Positions 19,263-28,946 of a DNA stretch of 64,000 nucleotides are shown here, piece after piece. The DNA comes from an uncultured Dehalococcoidia bacterium (GTDB taxonomy: Bacteria > Chloroflexota > Dehalococcoidia > UBA2247 > RBG-13-53-26). A model generated the notes under the pieces. The model had not been told where the DNA came from, did no database searches, and saw nothing but the letters and a program-made list of their open reading frames with translations. Each line of letters opens with the position of its first letter. The first letter of the stretch is position 1. The stretch lies in assembly GCA_964423835.1 (NCBI GenBank), contig CAYRGJ010000002.1, forward strand, positions 104,608 through 168,607, written 5' to 3'. Both the position numbers and the translations under genes were made by a program.

Positions 19263-22028
19263 CTACTGCTGTGGGGCCGCCGGCTCGTCCTTGAAGGAGA
19301 ACTTCCCGTCCCGGAAGACGCTCATGCAGGCATCGGTCACCTCCGGGTCATAGAGGGTTTCCCGATTCTGCACTATCTCGTCCAGGGCCTTGTCCAGGCC
19401 CAGGGCCGGGCGGTAGGGCCGGTGTGAAGACATGGCCTCCACCACATCGGCTACCGCTATGATCTTGGCTTCGGTCAGGATATCCTTGGCCTTGAGCCCG
19501 CCGGGGTAGCCGCTGCCATTCTGCCGCTCGTGGTGCTGCAGCACCATCTTGGCAATGGGCCAGGGGAAATCGATCGATTCCAGGATGTCGAACCCCGCCT
19601 TGGGGTGGGTCCGGATCATGGCGAACTCGATCTCGTTCAGCCGTCCCGGCTTGGTCAGGATCTCGGTCGGCAGCGTTATCTTGCCCACATCATGCAGCTC
19701 GCCCGCCACATGGACCGCCTGTATCTGCTCCTTGGTCAGCCCCATCGCCTCGGCTATGGCGCAGGCCAGCTCCGTCACCCGCTGCTGATGCCCGGACGTG
19801 TAGCGGTCCCTGGTATCCACCATGGCCCTGATGGCCTGTATGGTCCCGGCCAGCGTCCTCTCCAGCTTGTCGAAGCTCTCCTGCAGCCTCTCCTCAGCCT
19901 GCTTCCTGCGGGTGATATTGCGCAGCACTCCCAGGAGCTCCACCGGGCGCCCCGCCTCATCGCGGATGACGGAGGCCGTCGTGTCCGCCCAGACGGTGCT
20001 GCCGTCGCTGCGAAGTATCTCCAACTGCACCGGGCGCCCCGCCTCCAGGTGGTCCTTTCCGCTGGCCAGAAGCTCCGCCAGCAGGTCCCGGACCGTCCGG
20101 GCCGAAGCCGGCGTGAGGGCATCTTCCATTCGGGCAAACTGCGGGTCCCTGGCGCCCCCCACCAGCCCTTTGATGGAAGGGCTGATGTACGTCGGATGAA
20201 GGTCGAGATCCGTCACCCAGATGACGTCGCTGACGTTTTCGGCCAGAAGACGGTAGCGCTTCTCGCTCTCGATCAGGGCCCTCTCCGAATCCTTCCGGCT
20301 GGTGACATCGTCCAGGAAGACCAGGGCAGCGGGCCTCCCATCCCACTCGAGGCGCACTGCATTGATCTCGATCCAGCGGATCTGGCCGTTCTTGGCTATG
20401 CCCCGGAACTGGTGCAGGCCGCCGATATTGTCATCGCCTTTGGCCCACCTCTCGCTCGCCTCCCGGAACAGCTGGCGGTCCTCGGGGTGTATGTATTGCT
20501 CCAGCGGCACCCCTCTGAAGTCATCCATGGTGTAGCCCAGGCGCTCCATGATCTCCAGTGTCCGCCGGTTGGCGAAGGCCACGCCATCGTCCTGCACCAC
20601 CACGATGCCCTCGTTGGCGTTCTCCACCAGCAGCCGGCTTCTCTGCTCCGAGACCCGCAGCCCGTCTTCGGCCCGACGCCGCTCGGTGATATCCCTGAGA
20701 ACGGCAATGATGCCGATGACCTCTTCGTCCCTCTTGAGCGGGGAGACGCGGATCTCCAGGTCGAGCTTGGCGCCGGCCTTGGTGGCGCACTGCACCTCCA
20801 TGACCGGCGAGGCCTTGCCCGAGATCACCGGCACGAAGACATTCACCATCTTCTCGATGTCCTCGGGCCGGAACATGGCCATCTCGTCGAAGGGCTTGCC
20901 CATGATGTCCTCGAGGGTCCAGCCACCGACGTCCCTGATCCGGCGATTGGCGGCTGTCACCCGCCCCACCGAGTCCAGCACCACTATGCCGTCCCCGGTG
21001 CTGTCGAAGATGGATTGCATCCGCCTCTGCGATTCCCGCAGGGCGATCTCAGCCTGGCGCTGCTGCGTTATATCCCGGATGGACACCAGCCCGGCCAGCC
21101 GGCCCTGGTACTCGGTCCTCACCCCCGCGGCGCTGACCCACACCTCGCTGCCGTCCAGTCTGATGGCCTTGAACTCCACGGCCTCGTTGAGGTCCCTGCC
21201 CAGCAGGCCTTCCATCAGCAGCTGCTCGACGCGCTCCCGGTCCTCGATGATGAGCTCCAGGGGGTTGACGCCCACCACATCGTCGGGCGAGTCGAAACCG
21301 AAGATCCGGGCCAGGGCCGCATTAGCCACCATTACCTTCTTGGTTTCGGCATCGATCACCACCACGCCGTTGAGGGCGCTGTCGAAGAGGTTCTTGTAGC
21401 TCCTCTCGCTGTCCCGGAGGGCCTCCTCGGCGATGGTCTGGCCCAGGCTTTCGGCGATCTGCCATTGCCCCTTTCGCCTGACCAGCACCGACCGGTGTAT
21501 CCGGAACACGTCCAGAGCCTCCGGTATGCCCATCGCCCGCGTGGGGTAGGTGCAGAGGCCGACCGTTGGCACGTCCGCCATCAGATTCGACAGCGTTTCT
21601 TCGTAGCCGACCATCACTGGCCAGTCCTTCTTGTCCAGCCAGCCGGTGTCCCCCGCCGCCCAGATGCCCTTGAAGCCCAGCTGCCTGGCCTGGTTCAGGG
21701 CGCCGGCGGCGCTGCTAATGGCCGTGGGCACGTTGAAGGCACCGTCGAGGAGATACCAGTCCGAGTGGGGTATGGCCTGCAGCTGGCCTTTTCGCTGGCG
21801 CTCTTCCAGGTGAGGGATACCTTCCCGCAGCGCGTCCATGACCTGCTGCCGCAGCGGCATGGGCGCCAGCCACAGGCAGAGGGCGTTTTCTTCCAGGCCC
21901 TTGCGGAAAAACGGCACCAGCACATCGATGACATCCTGACTTGACTCATAGAGCTGGCACATGTGCGCCCCCCAGTGAATCTGGTCGAAGACGCCGATGG
22001 CCGGCTTCACCGCAGTACCCGTTTCCAT
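19263..22028 (-). CDS. MEDS-domain, multi-PAS, HD-GYP protein
   Basis: N-terminus HMCQLYESSQDVIDVLVPFFRKGLEENALCLWL (MEDS-like), about four PAS repeats, and C-terminal HDVGK..HHERQNGSGYP. Confidence 0.85.
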   Translation of the reverse strand: METGTAVKPAIGVFDQIHWGAHMCQLYESSQDVIDVLVPFFRKGLEENALCLWLAPMPLRQQVMDALREGIPHLEERQRKGQLQAIPHSDWYLLDGAFNVPTAISSAAGALNQARQLGFKGIWAAGDTGWLDKKDWPVMVGYEETLSNLMADVPTVGLCTYPTRAMGIPEALDVFRIHRSVLVRRKGQWQIAESLGQTIAEEALRDSERSYKNLFDSALNGVVVIDAETKKVMVANAALARIFGFDSPDDVVGVNPLELIIEDRERVEQLLMEGLLGRDLNEAVEFKAIRLDGSEVWVSAAGVRTEYQGRLAGLVSIRDITQQRQAEIALRESQRRMQSIFDSTGDGIVVLDSVGRVTAANRRIRDVGGWTLEDIMGKPFDEMAMFRPEDIEKMVNVFVPVISGKASPVMEVQCATKAGAKLDLEIRVSPLKRDEEVIGIIAVLRDITERRRAEDGLRVSEQRSRLLVENANEGIVVVQDDGVAFANRRTLEIMERLGYTMDDFRGVPLEQYIHPEDRQLFREASERWAKGDDNIGGLHQFRGIAKNGQIRWIEINAVRLEWDGRPAALVFLDDVTSRKDSERALIESEKRYRLLAENVSDVIWVTDLDLHPTYISPSIKGLVGGARDPQFARMEDALTPASARTVRDLLAELLASGKDHLEAGRPVQLEILRSDGSTVWADTTASVIRDEAGRPVELLGVLRNITRRKQAEERLQESFDKLERTLAGTIQAIRAMVDTRDRYTSGHQQRVTELACAIAEAMGLTKEQIQAVHVAGELHDVGKITLPTEILTKPGRLNEIEFAMIRTHPKAGFDILESIDFPWPIAKMVLQHHERQNGSGYPGGLKAKDILTEAKIIAVADVVEAMSSHRPYRPALGLDKALDEIVQNRETLYDPEVTDACMSVFRDGKFSFKDEPAAPQQ

Positions 22029-22546
22029 CTCCTTCTCGATGGGGCCCGAAGCCCGGACCGCCGCAGCCCGGTGCAGCAGGCGAGATCAGCCGTGATGGCC
22101 GTCTGCCGGCCGAGCTGCATCTACCCCCTCCCTCATGCTCACAATAGCCCACCGCGCGCGTAGCGGCGCCAAACGAAACCGCCCGCCCCTCTCCGGCAGG
22201 TCTTCACATTCTCCGACAAATGCAGCCCGATAGTAAGGTGCAAGAGGTCCGTTTTTGTGACCCAAGTGACCAGGTAGAGAGCAGACAGCCGATGCCCGCG
22301 AGCGCCGAGCGGCGCCGGGCGCACTGGTCAGGCGGCCGCCGGCGGGCTACAATGAAGTGATGGTTGGCGCGCGCAGTTGGGCCGCTTCTGCCCTCTCCGG
22401 CTGCCGTTGAGGCGATACGGCCCGGTCGCCATACCGGACTCCGTTGGACCGTCACGGGAGGAGGCCGCTCTGCCCTCGCGGTGAGCGACGGCCCTCAGCC
22501 ATCTGAGGATGAGCGCTTTGGGTCGCCACATCTGACCAGTTGGCAC

Positions 22547-22575
22547 TTGTCAGGGCCCCCGTCGGCGGGCACAAT
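22547..22575 (+). promoter_or_regulatory. candidate promoter TTGTCA-17-CACAAT
   Basis: TTGTCA at 22547-22552 and CACAAT at 22570-22575, about 165 nt upstream of ATG 22744. A second candidate, TGGTCA-17-TACAAT, lies at 22325-22353. Confidence 0.35.
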
Positions 22576-22743
22576 CTAGCCGGCAGACGGAGGCAGCGGC
22601 AGGGGGCATCGGTCCGAAGCCGCGCGCGCTGCAGGCCCCCCCGGCTCGTGCGGAACGGCGCCGGCGGACGCCGGGACGCCAGGGAACATGCAGTCAAGGA
22701 ATCGGGCCAGGAATCGAGCGCACCGGACAGGAAGGAATACGGC

Positions 22744-23919
22744 ATGAAATACGCCACCTCGTCGCACCACGCCATGACCATCAACCTCAACTGCTACACC
22801 TACATGCTCCTCAGGCTGGGGTACGAGAGGCTGGCGGACACCGCCCCGTTCTTCAGGATCGCGGACAAGCGCTTCAACAGCCTGGCCATGCGCATGACCA
22901 GGACCCCGTACAATCCGGAGCTGGTGGGGCCGCATCTGTTCGACGCCGTGGAGTTCCATCTGACCGATCCACGGCTGTTCTACAATCGCTTCGAGTGGAA
23001 GATAAACGAAACCATGGTGAAGAGCGTCGGCATGCCCATCTCGTCCTTTCACGCCCATATAGAGAAGAGCCCCCTGCTGGGCCGGTACATATTCAACCTG
23101 TGCGAGGCAACGCCGCGCACCAGGAAAGCCATCCGGGGCCAGCTGGAGGCGGCCTACAGGATAGCGGACGCGCACCCCAAGACGGTGATGACCGATCGGC
23201 CGGTGATGGTCTTCCATGCGGGCCTGGCCCGCGATGAGTGGGACCGTGAGGCCGCGCTGCTGCGACTGCGGCAGAACGTGGAGTTCCTGGCCGCCACCAA
23301 CAAGCAGCTCTATGAGAAGTATGGTCACGATCGGAAGATCCTGCCGACCATCGAGAACAGCCCGAATGAGAACCGCTGGATCTGCCAGACCCTGGAAGAC
23401 TGCCGGCGGGCCATCGAGGGGTGCTCGGATGAGGTCAAGCTGACCCTGGACTACGGGCATGCCATGACGACCAGGGGAGGGCGCGCCGCCCTGCTGGCTG
23501 AGCTGAAGAACACGGAGATCGGCGATAACGTGGTCAGCCTGCACATGCACCACTCACCGGTGGTTGACCATGAGGCGAGGCATGTCCACGCCCCGCTCTC
23601 GACCATACCCAAGGGCAACCTGGGGGCCCTCGCCAGGGACCTGCGGGACATCCTGAACCACACAGCCATCAAGGCACAAGGCTATGTCACCATGGAGGTC
23701 CCCTCCGGGGATCCATTTGACTACATGCCCTGGCTGCGGCGGCGGCGGGCCCTGACCGCGCTGGTGAACCGCTTCCTGAACCGCACCCGCCTCTTTGAGG
23801 ACAGCGGCTACAGGGGCACCCTGAAGGACCAGCTGGCCAGCCTGGTCCTGCTCAAGGACATGCTGGATGACGTCTCACAGGAGAGCAGCGAGCCCTGGGT
23901 GTACCGCAGCAGCAACTAG
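22744..23919 (+). CDS. xylose-isomerase-like TIM-barrel (sugar phosphate isomerase/epimerase family) protein
   Basis: Spaced FHAH, VFHAG, IENSP, LDYGHA, HMHH and MEV motifs, typical of the AP-endonuclease-2/isomerase barrel. ATG at 22744 has a GGAAGGA RBS. The track's upstream extension is Arg-rich junk. Confidence 0.65.
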   Translation: MKYATSSHHAMTINLNCYTYMLLRLGYERLADTAPFFRIADKRFNSLAMRMTRTPYNPELVGPHLFDAVEFHLTDPRLFYNRFEWKINETMVKSVGMPISSFHAHIEKSPLLGRYIFNLCEATPRTRKAIRGQLEAAYRIADAHPKTVMTDRPVMVFHAGLARDEWDREAALLRLRQNVEFLAATNKQLYEKYGHDRKILPTIENSPNENRWICQTLEDCRRAIEGCSDEVKLTLDYGHAMTTRGGRAALLAELKNTEIGDNVVSLHMHHSPVVDHEARHVHAPLSTIPKGNLGALARDLRDILNHTAIKAQGYVTMEVPSGDPFDYMPWLRRRRALTALVNRFLNRTRLFEDSGYRGTLKDQLASLVLLKDMLDDVSQESSEPWVYRSSN

Positions 23920-23938
23920 CGCCACCTGACGGCGGCCC

Positions 23939-24934
23939 CTACCACCTTATGACGCTGGCTCCCCAGGTAAACCCGGCGCCGAAGGCCACGAGCATGATCA
24001 GGCTGCCTTCCTTGACCAGGCCCTCCTCCAGCGCTTCGCTCAACGCAATGGGCAGCGACGCTGCTGTGGTGTTGCCGTACCGCTGGATATTGCTGTAGAA
24101 CTTCTCCTCCGGCACCCCCAGCTTGGCCGCGGCGAACTGATTGATGCGGAGGTTGGCCTGGTGCGGTATGAACAGGTCGATGTCCTGGACCTTGAGGTCG
24201 ACGGCCTTGAGGGCTTCCTCGATCACCTCGGGTATCTTGGTGACCGCCACCCGGAAGACCTCCTTCCCCTTCATCTTGGGCCACAGAGACCCCCTGTCCA
24301 GCATCTCATGTGTCAGGCAGGGCTTGCAGCTGATGTCGAACATCTCCAGTCTGAGGATATCGGCGAAGGCCCCATCGGCATGAAGGTGATTGGTGAGTAT
24401 GCCCCTTTCAGGGTCATCCGACGGCCCTACGATGACCGCGCCGGCGCCGTCGCCGAAGATCACCGATACGTCCCGCCCCTCGTCGGTGAAGCTCAGCCCG
24501 CTGGACTGGACCTCGGCGCCCACCACCAGTATCCGCCGGTACATGCCGGTCCTGATGAAGGCGTCCGCGGTGGCCAGGCTGTACACAAAGCCGGAGCACT
24601 GGTTGCGAATGTCCATGCAGCCGATGCCGGACAGGCCCAGTTTGGGCTGCAGGTAACAGCCGTTTCCGGGAAAATGGTGGTCCGGGCTCAGGGTGGCGAA
24701 GATAATGAAGTCCAGGTCCTGCGGCTGCAGGCCGGCGCTCTTTAGCGCTGCGCGGGAGGCCTCCAGCCCCAGGTCCGAGCAGTAGACCCCCTCATCGGCG
24801 AAATGCCTTTCCACTATGCCCGTGCGCTGCCGGATCCACTCGTCACTGGTGTTGAACATCCCGGCCAGGTCGGAGTTGGTGACACGCCGCTCCGGAAGGT
24901 ATCGGCCCACTCCGAGTATCCTCGATCTGATCAT
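23939..24934 (-). CDS. fabH: 3-oxoacyl-ACP synthase III
   Basis: MIRSRILGVGRYLPERRVTN.., nucleophile motif NQCSGFVY, and C-terminal AFGAGFTWGA. Confidence 0.85.
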   Translation of the reverse strand: MIRSRILGVGRYLPERRVTNSDLAGMFNTSDEWIRQRTGIVERHFADEGVYCSDLGLEASRAALKSAGLQPQDLDFIIFATLSPDHHFPGNGCYLQPKLGLSGIGCMDIRNQCSGFVYSLATADAFIRTGMYRRILVVGAEVQSSGLSFTDEGRDVSVIFGDGAGAVIVGPSDDPERGILTNHLHADGAFADILRLEMFDISCKPCLTHEMLDRGSLWPKMKGKEVFRVAVTKIPEVIEEALKAVDLKVQDIDLFIPHQANLRINQFAAAKLGVPEEKFYSNIQRYGNTTAASLPIALSEALEEGLVKEGSLIMLVAFGAGFTWGASVIRW

Positions 24935-25111
24935 GCCCACAGCCCTCCATTTACGGGATCGAGCCTGAGTCTACCAACGAGCCGGCCAATTATCAAGGCC
25001 AGCCGCGGCCAGGCGTTCCGGCCGCAATGTGAGACTTCCGTGACACACAGGCGTCGACGTGAGACCGCGAGGTAAGCCCGGGGGCGGATAATCTGGACCG
25101 GAGGAGACGAC

Positions 25112-27217
25112 ATGACACTCCGCCGCCGCACGGCTTTTGCAGTACTGGCCACCTGCGCTGTGGCCGCCATCATCCTCTACTTCGCCCTCCAGGGCATCAT
25201 GGCCGCCAAATTCACCAGCATAGAGAGGGACAAGGCGGACCAGGACCTCGTCCGGGCATCGGCCGCCCTGGACCAGGACATCGCCGGCCTGGAGGCGTCC
25301 CTGGGGAGCTGGGCTTCGCGGGACGACACCTATCAGTTCATGCAGGACGGCGATGCGGACTACATCGCCCGGAACCTGGGAGACTCGGCATACGGCAGAC
25401 TGGGCATCGATTTCGTGGTCTTCGTCACCAACGGCGGGCAGATCGCCTACTCCGCGGCCATCGATCCCGCGGACGGCGCGCGGACCCCGATCCTCCCCAG
25501 CCTGGAGCCTCACGTGTCGGGCAGCGCTCCCCTGGCCAGGCATGCGACCAGCGACAGCAGCGTGGCCGGGATACTGGTCCTGCCGGAGCACGCCGCACTG
25601 GTGGCCTCTGGGCCGGTTCTGCCCACCAGCGGCACCGGCCCCATCGCCGGCTCCCTGATCATGGGCCGCTATCTATCTGATGCCGAGGCGCAGATCCTCT
25701 CCCTGGCCACCGGCCTGTCCCTGGAGCTGGGCCGGATCGACCAGCCGGAGCCCAGCGCCGAATACCAGGGAGCGATATCGGTCCTGTCGGCCGGGCAGTC
25801 CTCGCTGGTCAGAGACCTGGATGGCAGCCGGATTGCCGCCTATGGCCTGGTCCCCGACATCTACGGCAACCCGGCCCTGGTGATAAGGGTGGACGGGCCC
25901 AAAGACATCTCAGCCCAGGGTGCGCAGGCCGTGCGCTACATGCTGTACCTGCTCCTGGGCTTCGTTCTGGTGGCCAGCGTCATCATCATCGCCGGCATCG
26001 ACCGGCTGGTGCTGAAGAGGGTGCGGCGCCTCAGCGCCAGCGTGGAAGAGCTGGCAGCCAGCCGCAGCTTCTCGGAGCGCGTCGCCATCGGCGGCCGGGA
26101 TGAGCTCGCCGCGATGGCCAACAGCATCAACGGCCTGCTGGCCTCCCTGGAGCAGACCCACCGGGACCTGGCGGAGACCGAGGCCAGGAACCGGGCCCTC
26201 ATAGAGGCCATACCGGACTTGATGTTCCGCGTTGACCAGCGTGGAGAAATCATCGAAGGCAGCTGGCCGCTCAAGGCCAGGTCCCTGACGGGCGGCGATG
26301 GCGCTGACGGCGGCTGCCCGGCGGGGAGCCTCATGGAGCAGATCCCGGCCCACATCCAGCAGCTGGGCCTGCCCCATATCCGGAAGGCCCTCGAATCGCG
26401 AGAGACGCAGGTGTTCGAGTTCCAGACCTCGCCCGAGGCCAGCGCGCCTCACTACGAGGCCAGGGTAGTGCCCAGCAGCGGCACGGACGTCCTCATCATG
26501 ATGCGTGACGTGACCGAGCGCAAGCACGAGGAGGAGGCCCGGCAGAAGAGCCTGCTTCTCAAGGAGATACACCACCGCGTGAAGAACAACCTGCAGGTCA
26601 TATCCGGCCTGCTCTACCTCCAGGCCCGGCGGACGCGGGACCAGAGGCTGGTGGAGGTCCTCAACGAAAGCAGCAACCGGGTCAAGTCCGTGGCCCTCAT
26701 CCACCAGAGGCTGCAGCAGTCCAAGGACACGGTTTCGGTGGAGCTGGGCGAGTACATCCGGGACCTGACGACTGTGCTGCTGCACTCCCGCGGGCGGGAG
26801 AACCCCGTGGTGAAGCTCAACCTGGATCTGGAAAAGAATGTCCTGATCGGCATAGACACGGCCGTCCCCTGCGGCCTCATCGTCAACGAGCTGGTATCCA
26901 ACTCCCTCAAACACGGGTTCCCTGAAGGCCGGAGCGGCAAGATCAGCATCTCGCTGCACACGGATGAGTCCGACACCATAACCCTGGCTATCAGGGACAA
27001 CGGCGTCGGCCTGCCGGCCGGCCTGGACATCCGCAAGGCCGACACGCTCGGCCTGCAGCTGGCGATGAGCTTGATCAACCAGCTCGGCGCCACCGTGGAG
27101 GCGGGCGGCAGCGACGGCACGCATTTCGTAATCCGCTTCCGGGACAGCGCGGCCGACAGCAGCAAGCCCTCCAGGGAGCCGCTGCCCGCCGGAGCCGGGC
27201 CTGGCGATCGGAGGTGA
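25112..27217 (+). CDS. sensor histidine kinase (periplasmic sensor, HAMP, PAS, HisKA_2, HATPase)
   Basis: N-terminal TM segment, about 250 aa extracytoplasmic region, second TM segment, then EIHHRVKNNLQVISGLL (HisKA_2 H-box) and NELVSNSLKHGF..D.G.G. Confidence 0.85.
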   Translation: MTLRRRTAFAVLATCAVAAIILYFALQGIMAAKFTSIERDKADQDLVRASAALDQDIAGLEASLGSWASRDDTYQFMQDGDADYIARNLGDSAYGRLGIDFVVFVTNGGQIAYSAAIDPADGARTPILPSLEPHVSGSAPLARHATSDSSVAGILVLPEHAALVASGPVLPTSGTGPIAGSLIMGRYLSDAEAQILSLATGLSLELGRIDQPEPSAEYQGAISVLSAGQSSLVRDLDGSRIAAYGLVPDIYGNPALVIRVDGPKDISAQGAQAVRYMLYLLLGFVLVASVIIIAGIDRLVLKRVRRLSASVEELAASRSFSERVAIGGRDELAAMANSINGLLASLEQTHRDLAETEARNRALIEAIPDLMFRVDQRGEIIEGSWPLKARSLTGGDGADGGCPAGSLMEQIPAHIQQLGLPHIRKALESRETQVFEFQTSPEASAPHYEARVVPSSGTDVLIMMRDVTERKHEEEARQKSLLLKEIHHRVKNNLQVISGLLYLQARRTRDQRLVEVLNESSNRVKSVALIHQRLQQSKDTVSVELGEYIRDLTTVLLHSRGRENPVVKLNLDLEKNVLIGIDTAVPCGLIVNELVSNSLKHGFPEGRSGKISISLHTDESDTITLAIRDNGVGLPAGLDIRKADTLGLQLAMSLINQLGATVEAGGSDGTHFVIRFRDSAADSSKPSREPLPAGAGPGDRR

Positions 27218-27221
27218 TGTC

Positions 27222-27629
27222 ATGGCCAGAATACTGCTGGTGGAAGACGAGAACGTGATCAACATGGTCACGCAGGACAGGGTCGAGGGCATGGGCCACG
27301 CCGTGTGCGGCGCGGTCACCAGCGGTCAGGAAGCCATCGACCAGGCCGGGGCCCTGCAGCCGGACGTGATCATCATGGACATCACCTTGAGAGGCAGAAT
27401 GGACGGGATCGAGGCCGCCAGGCAGATCCGGGAGAAGTTCGGCATACCGGTGATCTACCTGACCGCCTACGACGATGATGAGACCCGGCAGCGGGCCGCC
27501 ACTACCGGGCCCGCGGCCTACCTGGTGAAGATCTTCGAGGATATTGACCTGCAGTCCGCCATCGATGAGGCCCTGCGCCGGGGCCGGACGCAGGCCGGCC
27601 GGCATAGCCCGGCAGACGCCTCCCGGTAG
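27222..27629 (+). CDS. stand-alone response-regulator receiver protein
   Basis: ILLVEDE..., DVIIMDITL, YLTAY, LVKIF. Starts 5 nt after the kinase stop codon. Confidence 0.9.
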   Translation: MARILLVEDENVINMVTQDRVEGMGHAVCGAVTSGQEAIDQAGALQPDVIIMDITLRGRMDGIEAARQIREKFGIPVIYLTAYDDDETRQRAATTGPAAYLVKIFEDIDLQSAIDEALRRGRTQAGRHSPADASR

Positions 27630-27797
27630 ACCTCCCGCCTCGAGCCCCTCAAGCCGGCGGTCGGTGAAGATACCGTGAGGGAGGCCACTTCCCCTGAGAC
27701 ACAGACGTAATCCGGATGGCGTACTCTGATAGGAGCAGCAGCCGGCGCTGCCGGGACGGGCGTCCGGGGCGCCGAGAGAGTAGAGCGGGGGAGAAAG

Positions 27798-28067
27798 ATG
27801 CCAGCGAAACGCAGAGAGGCTACAGCCAGGGTAGCGGTCCTGTCCAACTGCCGCCACTACTGGATCATCGACTGCTCTCAGCAGGTGGAAAGCAAGGGTC
27901 GTTGCCGGTTGTGCGGCGAGGAGAGGGTCTTCCAGAACAAGCTGTCTTCGGCCAACAAGAAGCCTGAGGTGGTCATCGAGGCGGTGCCGCTGGAAGCGGC
28001 GCCGTTTGGGGCGGCGCCCTTCGAGGACCAGGCGGTGCCCCAGCCACCCGACGACCCGTTGCCCTGA
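27798..28067 (+). CDS. small Cys/His zinc-ribbon-like hypothetical protein
   Basis: GGGGGAGAAAG RBS. CRHYW..C...(x10)..CRLCG pattern. Confidence 0.45.
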   Translation: MPAKRREATARVAVLSNCRHYWIIDCSQQVESKGRCRLCGEERVFQNKLSSANKKPEVVIEAVPLEAAPFGAAPFEDQAVPQPPDDPLP

Positions 28068-28124
28068 AGACCCCCGGGCGGGTTGCCCACCAGCACGCTC
28101 CATGCGGGCCCCCGTCGGGCCAGG

Positions 28125-28562
28125 CTAGGACCTGCGCCACAGCCGCCACGGCAGGCGCGGCCGCTGCCGCGAGGAAGGCCGCCGGTCTTCCCGGAGGCCA
28201 CGGCCGTCGCCGGCCTCTTCGTCGGGCGCCACCACCACCGTCACCGTGTCGTTGCTGGTCTTGAAGGTCCCCTCCGCGTCACCCCTGACCGTGTAGAAGT
28301 AGCTGCCTGCCGGCGCGCCGGCGGGCACGGTCACATGGAGCGTGGCCGCCCCCCCGGAGGGCACCGTGGACGGGATGATGTTGGCCCGCAGCCCGGCCGA
28401 CCGGCTCCAGTCGCTGGCGGTCAGCACAATGGGGCGGGGATCCCCCTTCACCGCCTGTACGGCGATGGGGACGGCCACGGTCTGGCCCGCCTTGACCGTC
28501 ACGGTACGCGTGGATGCATAGACCCTGAAGTCGAAGTCGGGCTGCGAAACGAATGGCACCAT
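28125..28562 (-). CDS. hypothetical beta-sandwich (Ig-like) protein
   Basis: ATG at 28562 preceded by GGAGGTGA. A beta-rich sequence (VTVKAGQTVAVPIAVQAV..., ATLHVTVPAGAPAGSYFYTV) followed by a basic tail. Confidence 0.5.
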   Translation of the reverse strand: MVPFVSQPDFDFRVYASTRTVTVKAGQTVAVPIAVQAVKGDPRPIVLTASDWSRSAGLRANIIPSTVPSGGAATLHVTVPAGAPAGSYFYTVRGDAEGTFKTSNDTVTVVVAPDEEAGDGRGLREDRRPSSRQRPRLPWRLWRRS

Positions 28563-28946
28563 GGTCCTCACCTCCGTCGACCGCTATGGGGCAGTGCCTG
28601 GGCCCCAATCTACCAGCACCGTGCCTCGGGCGGGTTTCAGCAGGCGCCTCTGGCATCACATTTTCTTCTCAAGCCCGCCGGGGCGGAGCCCCCACGCTCG
28701 GGAGGGGCTTGCCACCCCGGATTACTGTGATATAATACGGCTGACAACTTAATACATACGACAAACAGAGTCCACGGGTTTCGCTCAACGGTTACATTAA
28801 CGAGATTGAAAGAAACGGGCCGAATTGAGCGCTCAGTCGGACTCTTTTTGTTTGGGCTGAACCGTTTGGCGTATCATGGAGGGCAGGACCGGGCGGGTCA
28901 CGGCGGCCACACCGGCCACCGCGCGTGTTCCGGGCGGCGCGGGGGG

